DNA from: Macrostomum lignano
Taxonomy: Eukaryota
Assembly (NCBI GenBank): GCA_002269645.1
Contig: NIVC01001096.1
Coordinates: 295,332 to 359,331, forward strand
Direction: 5' to 3'
Length of the DNA: 64,000 bases
Part shown: piece by piece, positions 1 through 12,000 of the stretch
How positions within the stretch are numbered: the stretch's first letter is position 1
Layout of the letters: every line of letters starts with the position of its first letter
The notes under the pieces: generated by a model
The model's input: only the letters and a program-made list of their open reading frames with translations
Databases searched by the model: none
What the model was told of the DNA's origin: nothing
Made by a program: the position numbers and the translations under genes

Positions 1-83
1 CCCTCAGACATGGCTCCGCTCTGTCTGCAGGGTGGCCTTTGCTAAAAACTGCACCGCTTATAACGGCTGGATGTCGTTATAAG

Positions 84-800
84 GCACTCATTCTGGCACC
101 GCAGGCACTCATTTTGGCACTGCAGGCACTCATTTTGGCACTGCAGGCACTCATTTTGGCACTGCAGGCACTCATTTTGGCACTGCAGGCACTCATTTTG
201 GCACTTCAGGCACTCATTTTAGCACTGCAGGCACTCATTTTGGCACTGCAGGCACTCATTTTGGCACTGCAGGCACTCATTTTGGCACTGCAGGCACTCA
301 TTTTGGCACTGCAAGCACTCATTTTGGCACTGCAGGCACTCATTTTAGCACTGCAGGCACTCATTTTGGCACTGCAGGCACTCATTTTAGCGCCGCAGGC
401 ACTCATTTTGGCACTGCAGGCACTCATTTTGGCACTGCAGGCACTCATTTTGGCACTGCAAGCACTCATTTTGGCACTGCAGGCACTCATTTTGGCACTG
501 CAGGCACTCATTTTGGCACTGCAGGCACTCATTTTGGCACTGCAGGCACTCATTTTGGCACTTCAGGCACTCATTTTAGCACTGCAGGCACTCATTTTGG
601 CACTGCAGGCACTCATTTTAGCGCCGCAGGCACTCATTTTGGCACTGCAGGCACTCATTTTGGCACTGCAGGCACTCATTTTGGCACTGCAGGCACTCAT
701 TTTGGCGCCGCAGGCACTCATTTTGGCACTGCAAGCACTCATTCTGGCGCCACAGGGACTCATATTAGCGCCAAAGACACTCATTTTTGCGCCGCAGGCG
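84..800. repeat. 21-bp minisatellite (GCACTGCAGGCACTCATTTTG), ~33 copies
   Basis: Directly visible; produces the artefactual ALILALQ / MSACSAK ORFs. Confidence 0.97.
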
Positions 801-1119
801 TTATGTTTTGTCGCCCTGCAGCAAAATTTTTGCGATTTCAAAAAACGGGTCACAAAGTGCGGGGTGATGGTACAGAGTATTGGCATGTCCCCCATGTGGC
901 GACGGCCTGCCTGCAACGTCGGATACTTTGGAGAGGGACTGGATGGGGGCTGGAGAGGGACTGGGGAGAGGTGACCACAATGGGAATTTTCGCTGGATCA
1001 GGCGGCAGGCAGGACATCCTGTGAGTTGGTTCTTGCGGCACAGAGACTGTAACATGACAATGATTGAATCAGGCCGCAACCTGTGTGAGACGCAGAGATG
1101 AAGACAATAAAGGAGAGAC

Positions 1120-1378
1120 TGGAGGCAGGACACAGCAGGGTGAGAGGCAGGACACAGCAGGGTGAGAGGCAGGACACAGCAGGGTGAGAGGCAGGACACA
1201 ACAGGGTGAGAGGCAGGACACAGCAGGGTGAGAGGCAGGACACAACAGGGTGAGAGGCAGGATACAGCAGGGTGAGAGGCAGGACACAACAGGGGGAGAG
1301 GCAGGACACAGCAGGGTGAGAGGCAGGACACAGCAGGGTGAGAGGCAGGACACAGCAGGGTGAGAGGCAGGACACAAA
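1120..1378. repeat. 22-bp minisatellite (GGCAGGACACAGCAGGGTGAGA), ~11 copies
   Basis: Directly visible. Confidence 0.95.
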
Positions 1379-1651
1379 AGTTAGCATTGGCTCATTGCAC
1401 AGCCCATGTACAATTAAAAGTGCTCAGTTGTACTTAGCATTCTGCTATCTGAAGCATATCTGCAATTCTCACCTCTAGAAGATCTTATCGCATGCAGGCG
1501 GCTGCTCTAGCCAGTTGACTCTACATGTATATTATTAAAAAGCCAAGAAAAACTTGGCTGCAGAAAAAGCAGGCAAGCAATCGACAACAGAAGAGTGCCA
1601 ATCCAGAAGCAGAGAGTCAAAGTTTGTGTCAGCTGGCCGACCTGACCCGTC

Positions 1652-1990
1652 ATGAGCAAGGAGCCGCAGCCACCGCCGCCGCCCTATCAGCAGCAGCAGC
1701 AGCAGCCGCCTCCGATGGGAGCCTACCCACCCAACACTGTGATTATCACCCCTCCTACTCTATTCAGAGATTTCCCAGTCAGCATCCAGTGCCCGCACTG
1801 TCACTGCAATGTCAGCACCCAGGTGACCAAGGACACAGGAGTGCTGCCATGGATAGCCTGCGGCGGCCTGGCGTTGCTTGGCTGTTGGCTCGGCTGCTGC
1901 CTGATCCCGTTCTGCATTGACGGACTGAAAGACGACATTCACTCGTGTCCCCAGTGCGGCAAGGTCGTCGGGCAGCACAAGAAGATTTGA
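1652..1990 (+). CDS. LITAF: LITAF/SIMPLE-domain protein, paralog 1 (112 aa, intronless CDS)
   Basis: Pro/Gln-rich N-terminus with PPPY, then CPHC...hydrophobic GCWLGCCLIPFC...HSCPQC, the LITAF zinc-ribbon signature. Confidence 0.93.
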   Translation: MSKEPQPPPPPYQQQQQQPPPMGAYPPNTVIITPPTLFRDFPVSIQCPHCHCNVSTQVTKDTGVLPWIACGGLALLGCWLGCCLIPFCIDGLKDDIHSCPQCGKVVGQHKKI

Positions 1991-2279
1991 TAACGCAAAA
2001 GGACTCTGATGACCTCAATCATGGATTATCTATCAACTTTTTTGTTACAGATTTTGATTGAGGATTAATTGGTGAACTTCATAGTTCCAAATTCTGATTG
2101 ATTAAATATTTTGTTCGTTCAAAATTGATTGAAAATATTCGACAGCGATCAAGCGTGGTCCGCTGCGAGAAATAAATGCGAATTACTAAATTTTGTCATG
2201 ACTGACTGAATGTTGTCATGACTCTGTGGAAAGGTGCAGTTAACGGAATATCTGGAAAATGTCTGTTGTATCTGATCCG

Positions 2280-3180
2280 TCTATATCTGGATGACGTCAG
2301 TGTTATACCTGGATGATGTCAGTGTTATACCTGGATGATGTCAGTGTTATATCTGGATGATGTTAGGGTTATATCTGGATGATTTCAGTGTTATATCTGG
2401 ATGATGTTAGGGTTATATCTGGATGATTTCAGTGTTATATCTGGATGATGTTAGGGTTATACGAGCTATCTGGATGATGTCAGTGTTATATCTGGATGAT
2501 GTCAGTGTTATATCTGGATGATGCCAGTGTTATATCTGGATGATGTCAGTGTTATATCTGGATGATGTCAGTGTTATATCTGGATGATGCCAGTGTTATA
2601 TCTGGATGATGTCAGTGTTATATCTGGATGATGCCAGTGTTATATCTGGATGATGTCAGTGTTATATCTGGATGATGCCAGTGTTATATCTGGATGATGT
2701 CAGTGTTATATCTGGATGATGTCTGTGTTATATCTGGATGATGTCTGTGTTATATCTGGATGATGTCAGTGTTATTTCTGGATGATGTCTGTGTTATATC
2801 TGGATGATGTCAGTGTTATATCTGGATGATGTCAGTGTTATATCTGGATGATGCCAGTGTTATATCTGGATGATGTCAGTGTTATATCTGGATGATGTCA
2901 GTGTTATTTCTGGATGATGTCAGTGTTATATCTGGATGATGTCTGTGTTATATCTGGATGATGTCAGTGTTATTTCTGGATGATGTCAGTGTTATATCTG
3001 GATGATGTCTGTGTTATATCTGGATGATGTCAGTGTTATTTCTGGATGATGTCAGTGTTATATCTGGATGATGTCTGTGTTATATCTGGATGATGTCAGT
3101 GTTATTTCTGGATGATGTCAGTGTTATATCTGGATGATGTCTGTGTTATATCTGGATGATGCTAGGGTTATATCTAGATC
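2280..3180. repeat. 22-bp minisatellite (ATATCTGGATGATGTCAGTGTT), ~40 copies, between the LITAF paralogs
   Basis: Directly visible. Confidence 0.96.
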
Positions 3181-3666
3181 TATATTACAGCTGGAAAATG
3201 CCTGTGCTATAAATAGATGTCAGTTTGATAGTCGGAAGATATCAGTGAAATCTCTGGGGTGTCAGTGAATTCTATCAAGCTCTAGGAGGTAGGCAATTAT
3301 TGATTAGGGGCCAATATTTAATTGCATGCTGCATGTGACTCTATTATAAACTTTGACGTCAACGTTGCTATGGTGACACGATAGAGCAATTATTATAATA
3401 ATTATCCAACTACACTAAATCTAGATTATACTTGATTGCCTATCCAGCTATATTCACATGCGCAGGAATGGCGAACTTCTATCTAAACTCGATCGTTTCT
3501 AAGCAATAGCTGGAGCCCTTATCTCTCTATGTACTCCTATGCGTCACGGCGGGGAGGGTTGTCAGTGAAGCCAGTTAACAGTATATAATACTGTAGCGGT
3601 TGCCGCTGCTCAAGTCGGACCTCAAGTCCAAACAGATTACAGTAATTGGAAAGCTATAGGCCAACC

Positions 3667-4050
3667 ATGAGTCAACCAGGTGAACCCGTTGTGCAGCAGC
3701 AGCCGCCGCCTGCCTACCCGATGCCGCCGCCGCAGCAGGGTGGCTACCCGCCACCTCCGCAGGGTTACCCTCCCGGTCCGGGCGGCTACCCCGGAGTCGT
3801 CACGGTTCCCCCGCCGGTGGTCTTCCGGGAATTACCTGTGACAATGACTTGTCCACACTGTCACGCCAGCATCAGCACACAGGTAACCATGGATACGGGC
3901 CTGTTGCCTTGGCTAATCTGCGGCGGCCTGTGCCTATTCGGCTGCTGGCTGGGCTGCTGCCTGATCCCATTCTGCATGGACGGCGTCAAGGACGCGATCC
4001 ACACCTGTCCGCAGTGCCGAAAGGTGGTCGGGCACTACAAAAGAATTTGA
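3667..4050 (+). CDS. LITAF: LITAF/SIMPLE-domain protein, paralog 2 (127 aa from ATG 3667)
   Basis: PPAY and YPPP motifs, CPHC...GCWLGCCLIPFC...HTCPQC. The track start at 3646 is TTG; the first in-frame ATG is at 3667. Confidence 0.93.
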   Translation: MSQPGEPVVQQQPPPAYPMPPPQQGGYPPPPQGYPPGPGGYPGVVTVPPPVVFRELPVTMTCPHCHASISTQVTMDTGLLPWLICGGLCLFGCWLGCCLIPFCMDGVKDAIHTCPQCRKVVGHYKRI

Positions 4051-4267
4051 TTGCTGCAGGGCTCTGCCGCGGAGCAAGACTTTATAATCAGTGTTTTATG
4101 ATTTCTCTTTACTAAATTTTTCCAAATAAACAGATATAGATCAACAGAATCAACTAATTAACGGCACCACATGCAGATGAATAAGCGCCTTCATCCTTTT
4201 AATTTCTAAGAATTGCAACACCGCATTCTTTTACTACTTTTATGCTATGCGATAGACAATCTCTATG

Positions 4268-4810
4268 CGAATTAGTAAGTGCAGGGAGCGACACAAGTGC
4301 AGGGAGTGACACACAAGTGTAGGGAGTGACACAAGTGCAGGGAGCGACACAAGTGCAGGGAGTGACACACAAGTGTAGGGAGTGACACAAGTGCAGGGAG
4401 TGACAAAAGTGCAGGGAGTGACACACCAGTGCAGAGAGTGACACACACCAGTTCAGGGAGTGACACACACAAGTGCAGGGAGTGACCCACATCAGTGAAG
4501 GGAGTGACACAAGTGCAGGGAGTGAAACACACCAGTGCAGGGAGTGACACACACCAGTGCAGAGTGACACACACACAAACACCAGTGCAGGGAGTAACCC
4601 AAACTAGTACAGGGAGTGACACACATCAGTGCAGAGTGACACACACACACACATACACACCAGTGCAGGGAGTGACCCAAACTAGTGCAGAGTGACACAC
4701 ACACACACATACACACCAGTGCAGGGAGTGACACACAGTGCAGAGTGACACACACACACACATACGCACCAGTGCAGTGAGTGACCCACACCAGTGCTGG
4801 GAGTGGCACA
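4268..4810. repeat. Variable-length minisatellite (AGTGCAGGGAGTGAC[AC]n)
   Basis: Directly visible; units differ in the length of the CA run. Confidence 0.9.
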
Positions 4811-5174
4811 CAATGTGCAATTAGCCACACCCCAAAGCGAGCAAAAGCTGGAGTTAGTCAGAAAATCTCAGCCAAGCGTCGTGAGCGAGGTTGGCTGTTA
4901 GCAACCAGTGGTATCTACTGTCAACATATGGCAAATCAATGCGCAGATAAGACTGTAAGAGACGTTGATAATGAATTTAGTCCCTCACAGCTATGGAATC
5001 GCTTCATTAGTTTTTATCGGTGCACAGCATGAGGCTAAATTTCGAAAAAAGGTCTTCTGAGTCGTGCGTGTGCGCAGAAAGCAAAGCCGTACTGAATTGC
5101 TTGATGTAAAACGCATTCAAACAAATAATTAATTGCGAAAGTCTTCTTTAACACGAGTAACTACCGATAGAAGT

Positions 5175-5700
5175 CTCACCCATAACTAAGAGAATATCCA
5201 AGATACTTACCCATAGACAGGGGAATATCCAACATATCTCACTCATAGACTAGAGAATATCCAAGATATCTCACCCATAGCTAAGAGAATATCCAAGATA
5301 CCTACCCATAGACAGGGGAATATCCAACATATCTCACTCATAGACTAGAGAATATCCAAGATATCTCACCCATTGATAAGAGAATATCGAAGATATCTCA
5401 CCCATAGCTAAGAGAATATCCAAGATACCTACCCATAGACAGGGGAATATCCAACATATCTCACTCATAGACTAGAGAATATCCAAGATATCTCACCCAT
5501 TGATAAGAGAATATCGAAGATATCTCACCCATAGCTAAGAGAATATCCAAGATACCTACCCATAGACAGGGGAATATCCAACATATCTTACTCATAGACT
5601 AGAGAATATCTGAGATACCCCACCCATAGATAGGAGAATATCCAAGATATCATCTTACTAATAGACAAGATAATATGCAATATATCCTACCCATAGACGA
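5175..5700. repeat. ~32-bp satellite with 127-bp higher-order repeat
   Basis: CCCATAGCTAAGAG recurs at 5274, 5401 and 5528; each 127-bp period holds four diverged monomers (31+32+32+32). Confidence 0.9.
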
Positions 5701-6149
5701 GAGATAATCTACAAATTGAAAAGACAAATGAAAGGACAAAATAAAATTTGCACAAACTCTTCACAAAAAGCAGCGATCTCAGCGAGAATCGGAATGAAAC
5801 CCGGCAACAGGAAAAAGCACTCGCTAAGAATTGGGTGCATCTTTTTAATTGGAAACAAAAAAAGAAAGAGATATTGATTTATAATCATAGAAATAATGTC
5901 GTATTGATCGAATAGGCCCGGTGCAGTTAAGGGAAAATTTATGATGCAGTGAAATTAATAATAAGTTTTGAAGCTGCAGTTATACATTAAAAGTAACTTG
6001 AAGCTTTGCGTTAAAACTTACGAGTAAGTTCAATTTTTTTAAAGTACTCAGACGGCAGAAAAACAAAAGTACAAACAGTTATAATTAAAATCGATGAAGT
6101 GACCTTCAGTTACATTTTTGATTAACGTATGGATGAGGTTGGGGCAGAG

Positions 6150-6897
6150 GGGAGAGAGGGTGAGACAGAGGGGAGATGTGAGACGGGGGGATGAGACAGG
6201 GGAGAGAGGGTGAGACAGAGAGGGGAGGTGAGACAGAGAGGGGAGGTGAGACAGGGGGATGAGACAGGGGAGAGAGGGTGAGACAGAGAGGGGAGGTGAG
6301 ACAGGGGATAAGACAGGGGAGAGAGGGTGAGACAGAGAGGGGAGGTGAGACAGAGGGATGAGACAGGGGAGAGAGGGTGAGACAGAGAGGGGAGGTGAGA
6401 CAGGGGATAAGACAGGGGAGAGAGGGTGAGACAGAGAGGGGAGGTGAGACAGGGGGATGAGACAGGGGAGAGAGGGTGAGACAGGGGAGAGAGGGTGAGA
6501 CAAAGGAGAGAGGGGAGACAGGGGAGAGAGGGTGAGACAGAGAGGGGAGGGGAGACAGGGGAGAGAGTGTGAGACAGAGAGGGGAGGGGAGACAGGGGAG
6601 AGAGGGTGAGACAGAGAGGGGAAGGGAGACAGGGGGATGAGACAGGGGAGAGAGGGTGAGACAGAGGGGAGGTGAGACGGGGGGATGAGACAGGGGAGAG
6701 AGGGTGAGACAGAGAGGGGAGGGGAGACAGGGGAGAGAGGGTGAGACAGAGAGGGGAGGGGAGACAGGGGAGAGAGGGTGAAACAGAGAGGGGAGGGGAG
6801 ACAGGGGAGAGAGGGTGAGACAGAGAGGGGAGGGGAGACAGGGGAGAGAGGGTGAGAAAGAGAGGGGAGACGAGACAGGGGAGAGAGGGTGAGACAC
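6150..6897. repeat. Purine-rich minisatellite (GAGACAGGGGAGAGAGGGTGAGACAGAGAGGGGAGGT-like)
   Basis: Directly visible; source of the SPLCLTLSPL artefact ORFs. Confidence 0.93.
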
Positions 6898-7849
6898 CGT
6901 GGTTTGAAAATAGATGGACGAACAAAAGCAAAAGCAAGCAAGCAAGCCAGACAATACATAGAAGCAAATAGTTGGAGACCAAAAACAAGAAGAGAACAGA
7001 CGTGGATACAGAGCAAAGTAGACATAAACAGTAGTTTAATAATAAAAAAACAATATAGAAAAACCTTCGAATGAAAATGGAGCCGAAAAATCAACTGGGC
7101 CTTTCGATGTGACAACTTAATTAATGACCTATTAAAATGATGCCAAAAAATATGGACAAAACTTTCGTTAGCCGAATAAAATATCCATAAAGTGTCGCCA
7201 TGGTAACAGTAATTTCGGCGTTTGGTTAATAAAAACAAAAAATAACCAAGCCAGAAAATGGTTAGCAAATAAAATTGATCAAGAGAAACACAATAATGTC
7301 GTTAATATAAACACGAGAAAACATTGACATACTACTGTTCACATAAAACTGTATCAGTAGTACTAATAGTGAACTAAAAAAAGCCATGGAATATGCTGGA
7401 AAATTTAAGATAAATGAAGTTAGCTCGTAAGTAAAACACAAATAAGGAATGATGATAATTTTTTGTTTAATTTAAATTCTTAAATTGTCAGAAAAAAACA
7501 AAGAAAAACGCGCTAGTAGCTACTTATCAGCCGGGACAAATGATTTAGTAGTATGATGCGCCTATTTCAGGTTAGACGGATTTTCAAAACTCCAGAAACA
7601 TTGGAAGAGACAAGGACACAATTACAAGGACAACAACGACAACAACTGGATTTGAAACGCCTTTAGAATTGAAACGATAATAAATGTGCGGACATTGGAA
7701 AATTGTCAACTGTGGAGCGCTAGATTGTTAGTGCCTGTTAAGCTAAGTTTTAAAACTGCTCGAATTCTTTTCAAACGCGATAACATGCACTACAGAGAAC
7801 AGTGGGAATTGATACGGAGAGGCGAGACATAGAGGTGAAACGTATGTAG

Positions 7850-8165
7850 AGGTGAGAGGGAAAGGTGGGATGGGGAGGTGAGATGGGGAGGTGAGATGGA
7901 GGGCTGAGAGAGATGTGGAGGTGAGATGGAGGGCTGAGAGAGATGGGGAGGTGAGATGGAGGGCTGAGAGAGATGGGGAGGTGAGATGGAGGGCTGAGAG
8001 AGATGGGGAGGTGAGATGGAGGGCTGAGAGAGATAGGGAGGTGAAATGGAGAGCTGAGAGTCAGGGAGGTGAGATGAGGTGAGATCGAGAGCTGAGAGTC
8101 AGGGAGGTGAGATGAGGAGGTGAGATAAAGAGCTGAGAGACAAGGAGAGGAGATGAGGAGGTGAG
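7850..8165. repeat. 30-bp purine-rich minisatellite (GAGGTGAGATGGAGGGCTGAGAGAGATGGG)
   Basis: Directly visible. Confidence 0.9.
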
Positions 8166-8315
8166 AGATGCAGAGGGGAGTTGGAGAAGTGGATAGGGAT
8201 GACCAACTGGCCTATTCAATGGCTGTAGATCAAAGACCAACCATTGCAAGAACCAACCCAACACTCGAACAGCAAAGCTAGACTTCATCAGCGCGTCTCA
8301 TCAACAATAGCGATA

Positions 8316-8732
8316 TCACAGGCTCAGATCGTCCATCTGCTCTGTGAGATTCAGATGCTCCACGTTGCTGCCGCCGCCGCAATCGCGCCTGCCGCCGGCT
8401 GACGGCAAGATGGACCGCTTGAGCTTGGACAGCACGGCCGAGCCGCCTGCGCCACCTCCACCGGATCGTCGACCACCCCGAACCGACACGTCCAGCTCGC
8501 CGTCGTCGTTGCCGGCGCCCCTGAACCGGTTGTCATCGTCGTCTTCGTCGTCGCCTTCGTTAACGGCGCAGGATTCTACGCCGGGCAGCTCGCCCTCCTT
8601 GGACTCCACCAACTGCATGTACTTGTATTGGAGGCTGCGGGAGGGAGGGGAATTGCGACTGCTGTAGGGCTGGGAATGACAGGCGGAGAGACAGACAGAC
8701 ACTAAGACAGACAGACAGACAGACAGACAGTA

Positions 8733-8807
<75 letters not shown>

Positions 8808-8982
8808 TAGACAGACAGACAGTAAGACAGACAGACAGTAAGACAGACAGACAGACAGACAGACAGAAAGACAGTAAGACAGACAGACAGACAGAAAGAC
8901 AGAAAGACAGTAAGACAGACAGAAAGACAGAAAGACAGACAGACAGACAGAAAGACAGAAAGACAGACAGACACTAAGACAC

Positions 8983-9038
<56 letters not shown>

Positions 9039-12000
9039 GCAGAGACAGAACTCACGTCTTATTCTTTCTGTAGCAGTGGCAGGCCAGGGCCAGAGACAAG
9101 AAGCCGATGAACAGCACGACAACCATAACAATGCCAACCGGCTTGTTCACCAGCGGACAGTCCACAACCTGCGTCTTTTTCGTTGGCTCTCCGCCAGGCA
9201 GGTAGCAGCGCCTGAAGTGCGGGCATTGGGAAGTATTGAAACGCAGATAGGGTTAAAAATTAATAGGTAAGAGAGGTGAGAGGGAGAGGCAAGTGGGAGG
9301 TGTGTGATAAAGGTGAGGAGCTGATAAGGCATATGAGGAATCTCATTAATACAGAGCCACAGTGCTTATTGCAATCAATCAGACTCACTTTGGCGGGTAC
9401 ATGTGTACAGTCTGCTTGCCCATGACGCACTCTCCGTTCACCCTTTCGTATTCCTTAGTCTGGCACAGTTTGCAGGCCTCCTTGGCCTCCATTAGCAGGT
9501 GAAAATTGCAGCCGTCGCAGGTGCCGTCGGGACAATTTGGCGGCAGGCTGAGGCGCGGAGTGGCGGCCTTGGGATCGCAGCGCAGAGTTACCAAGGTGAC
9601 GCGGTGCTTGGAGCAGACCTGGATTGGATTGCAATTGTTTTTAGTTAATTATTATAAACTTCGGAAAAAGAACCAATTATCGATCGATGGTGAGTTCCCG
9701 GAAAAAATCAATAATCGATCGATGGGGAACTTCAGGAAAAGAATAAATTATCGATCGATGGTGAGTTCCCGGAAAAATCAATAATCGATCGATAAGAAAC
9801 TTCCGGAAAAATCAAGAAACGATCGATGGAAACTTCCAAAAGAATAAAATTATCGATCGATGAGGAATTTCCGGAAAAATCAATAATCGATCGATGAGGA
9901 ACTTAATAGAAAAACATCAAATAAATGCATGAAAAATAGGAGAAAATCAAAGAATCAAAAAGAAACCAGCAACAAGTTTGTGATCACCTCAGTAGTATAA
10001 TCCGACTCAAAGAAGATGTGAGTGTCCATTTTGTCCGGATCGCTTTTCCAGCCGGACGCCTTGAGCATTGCCTCAGCGCCCGGGCTCTGCTCAGAATTGG
10101 TGGCGTTCACTAGCCGATCGGCGAAGGAGTTCGGCAGGGCGGCCAGGGTCAGACTGGAGTTGCCGTGATTCGGGACAATGGTGACGCGGCAGACAAAGGA
10201 TTCAACAGATTTGTCCGCCAACTGAAAGGGGCGTAGGTTTGAACTTCTAGTTGACATTCTTGAAGATGCATGGATGTTAAGGTATATAGGAATGTGGATT
10301 TCTGTAGGTTAGAGATTTGGGACCTTGGGGTGACTCAGCACTTCTGCTCATTCCACCATTCTTTAAGATTAGGGATTGATGATTCTAGTTTAGGGATTTG
10401 GGATTCTTGTAGATTATGGATTTTGAATTCTTGTGCATTATGGATTTGGGGTTCTTGTAGATTATGGATTTGGGAATCTTGTAGATTATGGATTTGGGAT
10501 TCTTGTAGATTCTGGATTTGGGAATCTTGTAAATTATGGATTTGGGATTCTTGCAGATTAGGGATTTAGGATTCTTGTAGATTATGGATTTTGAATTCTT
10601 GTGCATTATGGATTTGGGATTTATGGATTTGGGATTTTTGCAGATTTGGGATTTGGGATTCTTGTAGATTATGGATTTTGGATTCTTGTGCATTATGGAC
10701 TTGGGAATCTTGTAAATTATGGAGTTCCCTAATTCTTGCAGATTAGGGATTTGGGATTCTTTTAGATTATGGATTTGGGATTCTTGTAAATTTGGAATTT
10801 GGGATTCTTGTAGATTAAGGATTAGGTAATCTTGAGATTTGGGATTTGGGAATCTTGAGATTTGGAATTTGGGATTCTTTTAGATTATGGATTTTGGATT
10901 CTTGTAGATTCTGGATTTTGGATTCTTGTAGATTATGGATTTTGAATTCTTGTGCATTATGGATTTGGGATTCTTGTAGATTATGGATTTGGGAATCTTG
11001 TAGATTATGGATTTGGGATTCTTGTAGATTCTGGATTTGGGAATCTTGTGCATTATGGATTTGGGATTCTTGTAGATTATGGATTTGGGAATCTTGTAGA
11101 TTATGGATTTTGGATTCTTGTAGATTTGGGATTTGGGATTCTTGTAGATTATGGATTTGGGATTTTTGCAGATTTGGGATTTGGGATTCTTGTAGATTAT
11201 GGATTTTGGATTCTTGTAAATTATGGATTTGGGATTCTTGTAGATTATGGATTTGGGATTCTTGTAGATTATGGATTTGGGATTCTTGTAGATTATGGAT
11301 TTTGAATTCTTGTGCATTATGGATTTGGGATTCTTGTAGATTATGGATTTGGGAATCTTGTAGATTATGGATTTTGGATTCTTGTAAATTATGGATTTGG
11401 GATTCTTGTAGATTATGGATTTGGGATTCTTGTAGATTATGGATTTGGGATTCTTGTAGATTATGGATTGTGAATTCTTGTGCATTATGGATTTGGGATT
11501 CTTGTAGATTATGGATTTGGGAATCTTGTAGATTATGGATTTTGGATTCTTGTAGATTTGGGATTTGGGATTCTTGTAGATTATGGATTTGGGATTTTTG
11601 CAGATTTGGGATTTGGGATTCTTGTAGATTATGGATTTTGGATTCTTGTGCATTATGGACTTGGGAATCTTGTAAATTATGGAGTTCCCTAATTCTTGCA
11701 GATTAGGGATTTGGGATTCTTTTAGATTAAGGATTTAGGATTCTTTTAGATTATGGATTTGGGATTCTTGTAAATTTGGAATTTGGGATTCTTGTAGATT
11801 AAGGATTAGGTAATCTTGAGATTTGGGATTTGGGAATCTTGAGATTTGGAATTTGGGATTCTTGTAGATTCTGGATTTGGGATTCTTGTAGATAATGGAT
11901 TTGGGAATCTTGTAAATTATGGATTTCGGATTCCTGCAGATTAGGGATTTGGGATTCTTGTAGATCAAGGATTTGGGATTCTTGTTGGAATTCTTGACCG

